DNA of 64,000 nucleotides from an uncultured Solirubrobacteraceae bacterium (GCA_963714245.1 CAVQNR010000004.1:438804-502803); one strand, 5' to 3'; shown: positions 1-9,077, numbered from the stretch's first letter. Made by a program: numbers and translations. The notes: generated by a model not told the origin, from the letters alone.

Positions 1-215
1 TCGCATGTGCGGACGGCGTCGTGCGGCGCGGGACCGACGGACCGCTGGAGTTCGTCCCCGACTCGCTGATGGATGAACCGGAGCGCACCAAGCAGGCCCT
101 GCGCGAGGCGTTCTCGAAGCTGCTCGCGCTCGACTTCGAGCGGCTGCTGCTTGCCCACGGCCGTCCACTCGTGGCCGGCGGCAAGCAGGCGCTGACCGAT
201 TTCGTGGCGGCATGA
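1..215 (+). CDS. C-terminal part of a probable MBL-fold hydrolase-like protein (5'-truncated by window edge)
   Basis: Frame is open from the window start; ...LLALDFERLLLAHGRP resembles the terminal metallo-beta-lactamase HG motif; 4-bp overlap with next gene. Confidence 0.55.
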   Translation, partial: ACADGVVRRGTDGPLEFVPDSLMDEPERTKQALREAFSKLLALDFERLLLAHGRPLVAGGKQALTDFVAA

Positions 216-688
216 GCCGCGGCGCGCGGTGGTCGGCCGCCGCGGTCGTGGCGACGCTCGCGATCGCGGTGACACTGGCCGGGTGTGGCGGCAGCTCTTC
301 GTCGTCGTCGTCGTCGGCTCACGCCGGCTTGGCGCTCAGCCCCGACCATCCCCATCCCGGCTCGACCTTGACGTTCAGCTTCACCGCGCCGGTCGCGGCC
401 GGCCGCTCCGGCAAGGTGATCGACGGCTACAGCCTCAGCGTCACCGGCCCGGCCGGCGCCGGATGCAAGGGATCAGGCGAGGCTGCGGGCGGCGCGGTCG
501 CCAAGGGGGCAACCGCGCGGATCTCGATCGGGCCGTCGCAGCTGGGCGCGAACTGGTGCGTCGGCCCATACACCGCGCGGGTGTTCGAGATCCAGCGCCC
601 CTACTGCAAGCCCGGCGCCATCTGCCCGCAGTACGTGCGGGTCGCCGGGATCGTGGCCCGGACGTCGTTCTCGGTCACGAAGGGGTAG
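212..688 (+). CDS. Lipoprotein with Ser linker and 4-Cys beta-rich domain
   Basis: Signal peptide with lipobox LAGC, poly-Ser linker, GC..WC..C..CPQ pattern shared with 866..1345. Confidence 0.8.
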   Translation: MSRGARWSAAAVVATLAIAVTLAGCGGSSSSSSSSAHAGLALSPDHPHPGSTLTFSFTAPVAAGRSGKVIDGYSLSVTGPAGAGCKGSGEAAGGAVAKGATARISIGPSQLGANWCVGPYTARVFEIQRPYCKPGAICPQYVRVAGIVARTSFSVTKG

Positions 689-721
689 GCCGATCCTGCG
701 GGGCCCGTCCGGTGGCCGCGA

Positions 722-794
722 TGGACGATGCTGGGCTCGAACCAGCGACCTCCGCCTTGTCGAGGCGGCGCTCTCCCAGCTGAGCTAATCGTCC
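722..794 (-). tRNA. tRNA-Val(GAC)
   Basis: Reverse complement GGACGATTAGCTCAGCTGGGAGAGCGCCGCCTCGACAAGGCGGAGGTCGCTGGTTCGAGCCCAGCATCGTCCA folds as a cloverleaf; anticodon GAC; GGTTCGA T-loop; CCA not encoded. Confidence 0.97.
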
Positions 795-804
795 GGGATC
801 CGTA

Positions 805-810
805 AATGTA
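805..810 (-). promoter_or_regulatory. Putative -10 element (TACATT) of tRNA-Val
   Basis: TANNNT hexamer 10 nt upstream of the mature tRNA 5' end. Confidence 0.55.
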
Positions 811-865
811 GCGGTCCGGGCCAGCGGCCGGACCGCGATCGCCCGGTCCGTATACTCGCTGCGTC

Positions 866-1345
866 GTGAGGCGACTCGTGATCGCGATTCTGGTGGTGGT
901 GGTCGCATCGGCGATCGCCGCCGAGACGGCCGGCGCGGTCAGCGTCGGGGCAAAGCTCGCCGTCAAGGTCACCCCGAAGCGGGGTACGCCGCGGACCCGG
1001 TTCATCGTCCGCTTTCGGACGCCGTACGCGATCGGCAAGCTGCAGGGTTTGCAGACCTGGGAGATCGTCAACGTGCGCCACACCGGTCACACGGGCGGGT
1101 GTCGGACGATCGCGAGCAGCCGAGTGTCGTCGGCGGCGCTGGACGCGAACGTTCGCGTGACGCTGGCGCCCGGGTCCCGGCACTGGTGCGCCGGATCGTT
1201 CCGCGGCGCGATCACGCTGTATCGCCAGACGCGATGCGGGTCCGGGCCGATCAGGCCGATGGTCGCCTGCCCGCAGATCGCGTACGCGCCGCAGCGGATC
1301 GGAACCTTCCGGCTCACCGTCCGTCGCCCCGCGTCCTCGCGGTAG
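866..1345 (+). CDS. Secreted protein with 4-Cys beta-rich domain (paralog of 212..688)
   Basis: N-terminal signal peptide; GGC..HWC..RC..ACPQ; TATACT 9 nt upstream of GTG. Confidence 0.75.
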   Translation: MRRLVIAILVVVVASAIAAETAGAVSVGAKLAVKVTPKRGTPRTRFIVRFRTPYAIGKLQGLQTWEIVNVRHTGHTGGCRTIASSRVSSAALDANVRVTLAPGSRHWCAGSFRGAITLYRQTRCGSGPIRPMVACPQIAYAPQRIGTFRLTVRRPASSR

Positions 1346-1411
1346 CGGCTCGCTCGGACGGGGCCGAGCGGCCGAGCGGCCGCGAAATCAACCATCTAGG
1401 ATCGCGCCGAG

Positions 1412-3361
1412 ATGGACTACGAGCTCCCCGACGGCACGATCCTGACGCTTCCCGCCGGCGCCACCGGCGCCGACGCCGCCGCGGCGATCGGACCCGGCCT
1501 GGCGCGTGCCGCGCTCGCGATCAAGGCCGACGGCGAGCTGCGCGACCTGTCGCGGCCGCTGCCCACCATCTCGACCGATGGCCCGCCCAAGCTCGAGATC
1601 CTCACCGAGCGCTCGGGCGAGGACGCGCTGGCGCTGATCCGCCACGACACCGCGCATGTGCTCGCGACGGCGGTGCTCGAGCTGTACCCGGGGGTCAAGA
1701 TCTCGATCGGTCCGGCGATCGAGAACGGCTTCTATTACGACTTCGAGTTCCCCGAGGGCGTCGTCATCAACGACTCCGACTTCGAGCGGATCGAGGCCGA
1801 GATGCAGCGCCACATCGACGCCGACGAGCCGTTCGTGCGCGAGGACGTCTCACCCGGGGCGGCGCTCGAGCGCTTCCGCGCCGAGCACCAGCCCTACAAG
1901 GTCGAGCTGATCGAGGATCTCGAGCGCGATGCCGACGCCGAGCATCCGCTCGACTCGGTGTCGCTGTACACCAACGGCCCGTTCACGGACTTGTGCCGCG
2001 GCCCGCACTCGCCATCGACCAAGCGCGTCAAGGCGTTCAAGCTGCAGTCGGTCGCCGGCGCCTACTGGCGCGGCGACTCCGATCGGCAGATGCTCACGCG
2101 CGTCTATGGGACGGCGTTCTTCTCGGCCAAGGAACTGGCCAAGCACCTCGAGCTGCTCGAGCAGGCCCGTCAGCGCGATCACCGGCGTCTCGGACGCGAG
2201 CTGGGGCTGTTTCAGTTCTCCGAGCTGAGCCCGGGGATGCCGCTCTGGCAGCCGGCAGGCATGGTGATCTGGAACGAGCTGACCGAGATGTGGCGCCGCG
2301 AGAACCGCGACCGCGGGTATCAGGAGGTCAAGACCCCGATCCTGTTCGACGTTGAGTTGTTCAAGGCCAGCGGCCACTGGGACAACTACCGCGACCACAT
2401 GTATTTCACCGACATCGAAGACCGTCCGATGGCGCTGAAGCCGATGAACTGCCCCGGGCACGTCCAGCTCTACAAGGGCATTCCGCGGTCCCATCGCGAT
2501 CTGCCGATTCGCTTCAGCGAGCAGGGCCTCGTCCACCGTCATGAGCCGAGCGGGACGCTGCACGGGCTGATGCGGGTCCGTCACATCACCCAGGACGACG
2601 CGCACATCTTCTGCACCGAGGAGCAGATCGAAGATGAAGTCGTTGGCTGCCTGGAGTTCGGCTTTGCGCTGTACCAGATCTTCGGCTTCGAACCCCGGCT
2701 CGAGCTCTCGACCCGTCCGCAGAAGCGACTCGGCTCCGACGCGATCTGGGATCACGCCGAGGCGGCGCTCGCCAACGCCCTGGACCGGCTCGGGCTCGAG
2801 TACGAAGTCAACGCCGGGGACGGTGCCTTCTACGGCCCGAAGATCGATCTCCACATGCGTGATTCGCTCGGTCGTTCCTGGCAGCTGGGGACCGTCCAGC
2901 TTGATTACTCGATGCCCGAGCGGCTCGACGCCAGTTACGTGGGCGCCGACAACGCCGAACATCGGCCGGTGATGATCCACCGTGCGCTGCTGGGCTCGTT
3001 CGAGCGCTTCATCGGGATCCTGATCGAGCACTACGGCGGCGAGTTCCCGCTCTGGCTGACACCGGTACAGGCGATCGTGCTCCCGATCTCAGACCGCCAC
3101 CTCGATTACGCGCGTGAGGCGCAGTCCGAGCTACGGCAGGCAGGTGTCCGGTCCGAGCTCGACGAGCGGGCCGAGTCCGTTGGGCGCAAGATCCGCGACG
3201 CGGAGCTGCGCAAGATCCCGTACATGCTCGTCGTCGGCGACCGCGAGGCGCAAGCAGGCGAGGTGTCGGTGCGCGCCCATCGTGGTGGCGACCTCGGCGC
3301 CGAGCCGGTGGCGGCGTTCGCGGCGCGCGTCCACAGCAAGTCAGAAAGCCGCTCTGCGTGA
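1412..3361 (+). CDS. thrS: Threonine--tRNA ligase
   Basis: TGS domain, editing motifs RHDTAH and DLCRGPH, KPMNCPGH, GAFYGPKID, IHRA, anticodon-binding domain. Confidence 0.99.
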   Translation: MDYELPDGTILTLPAGATGADAAAAIGPGLARAALAIKADGELRDLSRPLPTISTDGPPKLEILTERSGEDALALIRHDTAHVLATAVLELYPGVKISIGPAIENGFYYDFEFPEGVVINDSDFERIEAEMQRHIDADEPFVREDVSPGAALERFRAEHQPYKVELIEDLERDADAEHPLDSVSLYTNGPFTDLCRGPHSPSTKRVKAFKLQSVAGAYWRGDSDRQMLTRVYGTAFFSAKELAKHLELLEQARQRDHRRLGRELGLFQFSELSPGMPLWQPAGMVIWNELTEMWRRENRDRGYQEVKTPILFDVELFKASGHWDNYRDHMYFTDIEDRPMALKPMNCPGHVQLYKGIPRSHRDLPIRFSEQGLVHRHEPSGTLHGLMRVRHITQDDAHIFCTEEQIEDEVVGCLEFGFALYQIFGFEPRLELSTRPQKRLGSDAIWDHAEAALANALDRLGLEYEVNAGDGAFYGPKIDLHMRDSLGRSWQLGTVQLDYSMPERLDASYVGADNAEHRPVMIHRALLGSFERFIGILIEHYGGEFPLWLTPVQAIVLPISDRHLDYAREAQSELRQAGVRSELDERAESVGRKIRDAELRKIPYMLVVGDREAQAGEVSVRAHRGGDLGAEPVAAFAARVHSKSESRSA

Positions 3362-3373
3362 CGATTTCGCCGC

Positions 3374-3379
3374 TATACT
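3374..3379 (+). promoter_or_regulatory. Putative -10 (TATACT) for infC
   Basis: Near-consensus hexamer in the thrS-infC gap, ~70 nt upstream of the GTG. Confidence 0.55.
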
Positions 3380-3451
3380 CGCTCTCGTTGATCAGTTTTC
3401 ATCACACGCCGCGCGGGACCGCTTGAACCACTCCGCCGCGTCAATTAGCTA

Positions 3452-4228
3452 GTGCCGGTTCCACGCAGGTTCGACCGGCGCCCGCCCGAGCGGGACACCA
3501 CCCGGATCAATGACCGGATCCGCGTACCTGAGGTACGCCTGGTCGGCGAAGACGGGAAGCAGATCGGCGTCATCAAGACGGACGAAGCCCTGGCGTACGC
3601 CCAGGAGCGGGACCTCGACCTGGTCGAGGTGGCCCCCGACGCCCGTCCGCCCGTCTGCCGCGTGCTCGACTACTCCAAGTACAAGTACGAGCAGGTGCAG
3701 AAGCAGAAGCAGGCGCGCAAGCACCAGCAGCAGATCAACATTCGTGAGATCAAGTTCCGGCCGAAGATCGCCCAGAACGACTACGACACCAAGAAGGGCC
3801 ATGTCCGGCGCTTCTTGAAGGGCAAGGACAAGGTCAAGGTCACGATCATGTTCCGCGGTCGGGAGGTCACCCATCCCGAGCGCGGCGTGGCGCTGCTGGA
3901 CAAGCTGGCCGAGGAACTGGTGGACGTCGGCACCGTCGAGCAGTCGCCCCTGCAGGACGGGCGCAACATGACGATGATGCTCGGGCCCTCCAAGGCGGTC
4001 CTGGCCGGCGACCTGGAAGAGGGTTCCGGCTCGGCCGAGGGCACCGGCGAGGCGTCACCCGCCGACGCCGCATCCGCTGAGGCGGCTACGCCGGCTGAAG
4101 CGGCCGCGCCGGCCGAAACGGCCCCGTCGACCGGATCCGATGCAGACGAAGCGGCAGCGCCCAAGAGCAACGGGCACCAGAACGGCACGAGCGTCAAGAC
4201 GCCCGAGCCCAGCGACGCCACCGCCTAG
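3452..4228 (+). CDS. infC: Translation initiation factor IF-3 with long acidic Ala-rich C-terminal tail
   Basis: RINDRIRVPEVRLV, LDLVEVAP, PPVCR, IKFRPKI, KVTIMFRGRE. Confidence 0.98.
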   Translation: MPVPRRFDRRPPERDTTRINDRIRVPEVRLVGEDGKQIGVIKTDEALAYAQERDLDLVEVAPDARPPVCRVLDYSKYKYEQVQKQKQARKHQQQINIREIKFRPKIAQNDYDTKKGHVRRFLKGKDKVKVTIMFRGREVTHPERGVALLDKLAEELVDVGTVEQSPLQDGRNMTMMLGPSKAVLAGDLEEGSGSAEGTGEASPADAASAEAATPAEAAAPAETAPSTGSDADEAAAPKSNGHQNGTSVKTPEPSDATA

Positions 4229-4273
4229 CGGCGCGTCCACCCCGCTCACAGCGTCCGCTGTCACAAACGCGCC

Positions 4274-4293
4274 CCGGTTGACAATGCAACCGG
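4274..4293. promoter_or_regulatory. Inverted repeat CCGGTTG-N6-CAACCGG just upstream of the ECF sigma gene
   Basis: Perfect 7-bp arms ending 3 nt before the ATG; a TGTCACA ECF-like -35 lies at 4259..4265. Confidence 0.4.
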
Positions 4294-4296
4294 TAG

Positions 4297-4845
4297 ATGG
4301 ACGACTCCCGCACCGATGGTGACCTGCTGGTCGCGACCCCGAGCGACCCGGATGCGTTCGCCGTGTTCTACCGCCGGCACGTGCGTGGGGTGCTGTCGTT
4401 CTTCCGTCGCCGGGTGCCCAGCGCCGAGATCGCCTTCGACCTGACGGCCGAGACGTTCGCGGCGGCGCTGGAGGCGGCGCCGCGGTACGAGCCCCGGCCC
4501 GATCCGGCGCGCGGCTGGCTCTACGGGATCGCCTTCAACAAGCTCCACGAGGCCCAGCGGCGAGGCCGCGCCGATGACACGGTCCGCCGCGCGCTCGGCA
4601 TGCAGCCGATCGAACTGACCGACCGCGGGCTGGAGCGCCTGGAGACACTGGCCGGCGGGCCAGCGGTGCACGCGCTCGCCCGTCTGCCGGACGACCAGCG
4701 GGAGGCCGTCCGGGCGCACGTGCTCGACGAGCGGCCCTACGAGGAGATCGCGACGCAGCTCGGCTGCTCGGAGAGCGTCGTGCGTCAGCGGGTGTCGCGC
4801 GGCGTGCGCGCGATGCGAGCCCGACTGAAGGAGGTGGGCGAATGA
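4297..4845 (+). CDS. ECF RNA polymerase sigma-70 factor
   Basis: Region 2 (AFAVFYRRH..DLTAETF..GWLYGIA) and region 4 (LPDDQREAV..YEEIATQLG..VRQRVSRG). Confidence 0.93.
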   Translation: MDDSRTDGDLLVATPSDPDAFAVFYRRHVRGVLSFFRRRVPSAEIAFDLTAETFAAALEAAPRYEPRPDPARGWLYGIAFNKLHEAQRRGRADDTVRRALGMQPIELTDRGLERLETLAGGPAVHALARLPDDQREAVRAHVLDERPYEEIATQLGCSESVVRQRVSRGVRAMRARLKEVGE

Positions 4846-5636
4846 GCGACGATCCGATCGCGCTGCTCGAACGTGAGCTGCTGGACGCCGCGCGGCGGCG
4901 TGCGCGAGCCGCTGACGGCGACGACGTGGGGCGGAGGCGGAGGTTGCGGCGACGCGTTCCGGGCGCGCTGGCGGTGGCCGCGTCGGTCCTGTTGGTCGTG
5001 GTCATCGCCGGCGGTGCGCTGTTGGCGCTGCGGAGCGGCGGGCGCAGCGGACGGCAGTCGGCGGCGGCGCTGGTGGCACCGTGGGCCGACCGCCTGGCGA
5101 CGCTCCGGCGCCCTCAGGATCGACTCGATCAGCTCGAGCTCTATCGCGAGGGGGACATCCTGCCGACCGGTGTGGTGGACCCGGGTTCGGTGCGGTTCGC
5201 CCGCAGGACCCCGTGGGGCGCGCCAGTGCTGCTGGGCGTGCAGGTGCGCGGCGGACACCGGGGTCAGCTGGTCCTGTCGATGCCGACGTGGAGCTCGACC
5301 GTGCAGCTGTCGCCGGGGATCCGCGGCCTGTCCACGGGTCACGGCACGGTCGCCGTCGTCGGTCCCAAGCGCGGGCGCGGCGCCGCGGTCACCCGGGTCG
5401 TGCTCATCGCCGGGGATGGCATCGCCCGGGTCAGCGTGCGCCTGGCCGGAGGGCCGGCCCGCAGCGGCCCGGTGGTCGGCAACGTGGGTGCGGTCGAGTT
5501 GCCGCAGCGCTGCTGCTCGGTGCACCTCGCGGATCGCATCTCGGTCACCGGGTACGGGCCGACCGGGCGGGTCGTGCGGCGCTGGCGACCCACGGTCGAG
5601 ACCGTCGTCGACCCCGACGGCACCACCGAGAACTGA
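4842..5636 (+). CDS. Putative anti-sigma factor (short cytoplasmic helix, one TM, extracellular domain with CC motif)
   Basis: ATGA overlap with sigma gene; N-terminal LLERELLDAARRR helix, TM segment, domain paralogous to 5646..6308. Confidence 0.75.
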   Translation: MSDDPIALLERELLDAARRRARAADGDDVGRRRRLRRRVPGALAVAASVLLVVVIAGGALLALRSGGRSGRQSAAALVAPWADRLATLRRPQDRLDQLELYREGDILPTGVVDPGSVRFARRTPWGAPVLLGVQVRGGHRGQLVLSMPTWSSTVQLSPGIRGLSTGHGTVAVVGPKRGRGAAVTRVVLIAGDGIARVSVRLAGGPARSGPVVGNVGAVELPQRCCSVHLADRISVTGYGPTGRVVRRWRPTVETVVDPDGTTEN

Positions 5637-5645
5637 GGTCAGCCG

Positions 5646-6308
5646 ATGCGAACCAGGGTGATGGCGATCATGGGTGCGACGGCGCTGGTCGTGGCGGCGG
5701 TAGTGGTGGCGGTGCTGCTGCTGACGTCCGGCAGCGGCGCTGACGCGAGCTCGCGGCTGCCCCTGTCGGTGTTCGCCCGCCCCCAGACCGGCGCCGACCG
5801 AGCCGCGTACACGCGGGCTCGGGCCGGCCTGCTCAAGGGCGTCGGTGACGTCTCGGCTGGTTCGGTGCGGATGGCGCGGATGACGCCGTGGGGCCAGCCG
5901 GTGTTGCTGGCGCTCGGTCGGGGGGAGAGCGCGTCCCAGCCTGCGACGGTGTTCTCGGTCGCCTGGGACGGCGAGGTCGTCGGTGCTCCGCTGTCGTCGG
6001 TCGCGGGCACCGGTTGGGCGCTGGAGGCGAGCCGGGGCGGCGCGTACTACGCGCCGGCCGGGGTCAGGGCGCCCGCGCCGTTCACGCGGATCGTGGTGCT
6101 CGTCCCCAACGGCGTGGCCCGCATCCGCTTCGCCTATCCCGAGGGCGGTCCGACGCGGACCGTGCCGGTGATCGGCAACGTCGCCGCCGTCCAGTTCCCG
6201 CGGCCCTGCTGCGTGCTCGAGCCGGAGATGATCTGGTACTCGTCGGGCGGGTCGGTGGTCGGACACGGCCTGGTGACGCCCACCTCCCGCTGGCGGCTGC
6301 CGTCATGA
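5646..6308 (+). CDS. Membrane-anchored/secreted protein, paralog of the upstream anti-sigma extracellular domain
   Basis: N-terminal hydrophobic segment; shares GSVRxARxTPWGxPVLL and TRxV..GxAR..GGP..PVxGNVxAV..P..CC. Confidence 0.75.
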   Translation: MRTRVMAIMGATALVVAAVVVAVLLLTSGSGADASSRLPLSVFARPQTGADRAAYTRARAGLLKGVGDVSAGSVRMARMTPWGQPVLLALGRGESASQPATVFSVAWDGEVVGAPLSSVAGTGWALEASRGGAYYAPAGVRAPAPFTRIVVLVPNGVARIRFAYPEGGPTRTVPVIGNVAAVQFPRPCCVLEPEMIWYSSGGSVVGHGLVTPTSRWRLPS

Positions 6309-7212
6309 CAGGTGTCGGCGAGCACCTGATCCGGGCCGGTCCGCAGCTCGGTGCCGGTGACGCGCAGCACCGTGAAGCCGGCCCGGGTCAGCTTGCGATC
6401 GCGGCGGGCGTCCGCGGTGCGATCGGAGGCGAGCCGATGCCAGGGGTCGCCGTCGACCTCGACGATCAGCCCGCGGTCGGGCCAGAAGAAGTCGACGGGC
6501 TCGCCCTCGACGACGGCGTTGGTCAGTGGCCGGGGGAGGTCGTGCCGCGGAGCAGTCCGGCGAGTTCGACCTCGAGGTCGGACCACAGCGTGGGAGCGAC
6601 GTCCGGGAGCTCGGCCAGGGTCCGCGTCAGCGGCCTGATGCCGTGGCGGCCCGGGTCGCGGGCGATCGTGGCGTTGATCTGACCCAGGTCGAACTTGTCG
6701 ATCCGCAGCGATTGCTCGAGCGCATCGTGCAGGCGCTGCGGGGGGAGCGTCTCCGCTAGGTCGAGCAGGGTCCGGGCGACGGTGGTCACCGGGATCGCGT
6801 CCACGGTGGTGACGTCCTCAGGATGCAGCCCCCGGACGCGGTGGCACCGGATGCCTCGTAGCCGATGGCGGTGCGTGGCCGTGACATCGATCGGCCCGGA
6901 GGGGACCGAGCGCAGAATCGCGTGCAGCGCCCCGGCCGCCCGATGTGAGAGCGCCGAGGTCCGGCCCGCTCCGCTGCACGCCGCGACCGCGGCCAGCCAG
7001 CGGGCGCGCGGCGTCAGATCGACATGGCCGACGGCGTAGACCCCGCGGTGGAGCGGATGCAGCCGTCCGAGCTCGACGCGGCACGTGATCCGGTCGGCGT
7101 CAAGCCCGATTGCCAGCAGCTGCCGGCGGCTGACCACGCCGTGCTGACGTGTGGCCAGTCGCGCAAGACGTGAGTCGACTGCACGGGAATAGTTGCCGTC
7201 AACTGACAACAC
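6303..7212 (-). pseudogene. AbiEi-N (AbiEi_4-like) / DUF559 endonuclease-like gene, frameshifted
   Basis: ORF 6523..7212 (ARLATRQHGVVSRRQL..LHRGVY..LSHRAA..TTVARTLLDL) continues in another frame as HDLPRPLTN..VDFFWP..IVEVDG..WH..DARRD; one base missing near 6547; 3' end uncertain. Confidence 0.8.
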
Positions 7213-7227
7213 GTCTGACTAAAGCGC

Positions 7228-7280
7228 GCGGATCCGGCCCGTTTGCATCTGTTTTGCAACAAACGCGAGGCCGGATCCGC
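7228..7280. repeat. Long imperfect inverted repeat between the ABC permease stop and the AbiEi/DUF559 start
   Basis: GCGGATCCGGCC-CGTTTG ... CAAACG-CGA-GGCCGGATCCGC. Confidence 0.75.
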
Positions 7281-7292
7281 AGCGAGAGCCGC

Positions 7293-8084
7293 TCAGCCGA
7301 CGTCTCGGCGCATCACCCGCCGCCAGCCGATCGCCAGCGGCAGCACCATCCACAGCGCCAGTGTCGCGGCCGCCTGCGCCCAGTCGGTGGCGCTGAGCGC
7401 GTGACGGACCAGCGGATCGAGCGTCTGACCCGAGTCGAGCCAGTTCGCGACCCCCGCCAGGCCTGAGATCGAGCCGACCAGCACCGACCAGATCGTCGGC
7501 AGCAGCAGGTACAGCACGATCGCGGGCGCCGTCGTCAGCAACGCCGCGCCGAACGCGACGCCGGTGATCATCGCCGTCGCCAGGTACAGCAGCGCCTGCG
7601 GGATCAGCACCGGGTGCAGCGTCCAGACGCCGGCGCCCGATGCCGGGTTGATCGCCGTCGCGCCGGCCGCGATCAGCAGGCAGAACAGGAGTGCCGCGAC
7701 CGAGCAGCAGAGGCTCGCCAGCAGCTTGGCGACCATCACCCGCGATCGGCTCGGGGTCAGCGTGAACGTCGTCAGCGCGGTCCGCTGCGAGAACTCGCCG
7801 GTGACCAACAGCACGCCGATCAGCGGCAGCAGGATCGCGGTCGGGATCAGCGCATTGCCGAACACGTTCGTCAGTGTGCGATCGGGCGTGGCCCCGGCGA
7901 ACACCGTGATCAGCGCGGTCGCGACCGCGGCGCCCGCGACCCCGATCGGCAGCCAGAACCCGGATCGGGTGTCGAACATCTTGCGCAGCTCGACCCGGGT
8001 GAGCCGGGCCATCCCGGGCCGTTGCTGGTTGCGGTAGCGCTCGACGGAGGTCCGCTCGACCTCGGTGGTGGCGATTGCGCTCAT
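7293..8084 (-). CDS. ABC-2 type transporter permease
   Basis: About six TM helices, ELRKMFDTRS, GEFSQRTALTTFTLTPSR, terminal RRDV; AAGGAGG RBS before ATG at 8084. Confidence 0.92.
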   Translation of the reverse strand: MSAIATTEVERTSVERYRNQQRPGMARLTRVELRKMFDTRSGFWLPIGVAGAAVATALITVFAGATPDRTLTNVFGNALIPTAILLPLIGVLLVTGEFSQRTALTTFTLTPSRSRVMVAKLLASLCCSVAALLFCLLIAAGATAINPASGAGVWTLHPVLIPQALLYLATAMITGVAFGAALLTTAPAIVLYLLLPTIWSVLVGSISGLAGVANWLDSGQTLDPLVRHALSATDWAQAAATLALWMVLPLAIGWRRVMRRDVG

Positions 8085-8086
8085 CT

Positions 8087-8992
8087 TCAAACCTCCTTCG
8101 ACGCAGCGATGGCGTCGGTCGACGTCAACGAAAAGAACAGCTGCTCAAGCCCACCCGCGCGGGCGTCGCGCAGCTCTGACAGTGCGACGCCGCCGCACAA
8201 CGCCACGTCGCCGACGTCATCGCCGTCCGCGTCGACGAGCAGGGCGCCGTCGGAGCCATCGGCAAAGCTCACATCGGCCTCGCGCAGCGCGCGGCGAAGC
8301 GCGTGTAGATCACGGGCCTTGACGAGCGTCTGCGGGCCGGATCCGAGCAGCTCGTCGGCCGTGCCCTCGCCGACGATCCGGCCGCCGGAGATGATCACGA
8401 GCCGGTCGGCGATCACCTCGACCTCATGCAGCAGGTGCGAGGACAGCAGCACCGTGCCGCCGCGGCCGGCGAAGTCCGCCAGCAGGCCGCGCATCCAGCG
8501 CATGCCCTCGGGGTCCAGGCCGTTGGCGGGCTCGTCGAGGATCAGGACCTCGGGGTCGCCGAGCAGCGCGTGGGCGATCCCCAGCCGCTGGCGCATCCCG
8601 AGCGAGTACTGGCCGACGCGCTTGGCGGCGGCCGCCGTATCCAGTCCGACCAGCTCGAGCATCTCGTCGACGCGGCCGTGGCGAACGCCGAACAGCGACG
8701 CCGACACCGACAGCGTCTCGCGGCCGGTCCGCCCGGCGTGCATCGCCGAGGCGTCGATCAGGACGCCGACCCGTAGGCCGGGGTTGGTCAGGTTGGCAAA
8801 CGGCGACCCCAGCACGGTCGCCGTCCCCGACGTCGGCGGCGTCAGCCCGCACAGCATCTTCAGGGTGGTTGACTTGCCTGCCCCGTTGGGGCCGAGGAAG
8901 CCGGTGACGGTGCCGGTCTGGCAGGAGAACGACACATCCTGCACGGCGGCGCGCCCGCCGTAGCGCTTGGTGAGTGAATTCGATTCGATCAT
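8087..8992 (-). CDS. ABC transporter ATP-binding protein (BcrA-like)
   Basis: Walker A GPNGAGKST, YSLGMRQR signature, ILDEP, SSH; start MIESNSLTKRYG. Confidence 0.95.
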   Translation of the reverse strand: MIESNSLTKRYGGRAAVQDVSFSCQTGTVTGFLGPNGAGKSTTLKMLCGLTPPTSGTATVLGSPFANLTNPGLRVGVLIDASAMHAGRTGRETLSVSASLFGVRHGRVDEMLELVGLDTAAAAKRVGQYSLGMRQRLGIAHALLGDPEVLILDEPANGLDPEGMRWMRGLLADFAGRGGTVLLSSHLLHEVEVIADRLVIISGGRIVGEGTADELLGSGPQTLVKARDLHALRRALREADVSFADGSDGALLVDADGDDVGDVALCGGVALSELRDARAGGLEQLFFSLTSTDAIAASKEV

Positions 8993-9077
8993 GGTGAGCA
9001 GGATCGCTCGAGGACACCCACGCTCGCCACGGCCGACGGTCCACGCCGATGCCATCGTTGGTCGCCGCCGGTCAGCG

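Noticed and set aside
689-865. tRNA-Val as integration site of an island
   Set aside because: No integrase and no duplicated tRNA 3' end noticed in the window
1346-1411. T-box riboswitch upstream of thrS (also considered for pheS and gltX)
   Set aside because: Gaps are too short, no T-box motif, and a -10 lies directly before each start
3380-3451. L20 leader or AUU start for infC
   Set aside because: Only a weak GC hairpin; the ATT at 3444 is out of frame; a covariance search would be needed
6530-6560. Programmed ribosomal frameshift in the DUF559 gene
   Set aside because: No recognisable slippery heptamer at the junction; mutation or sequencing error is simpler
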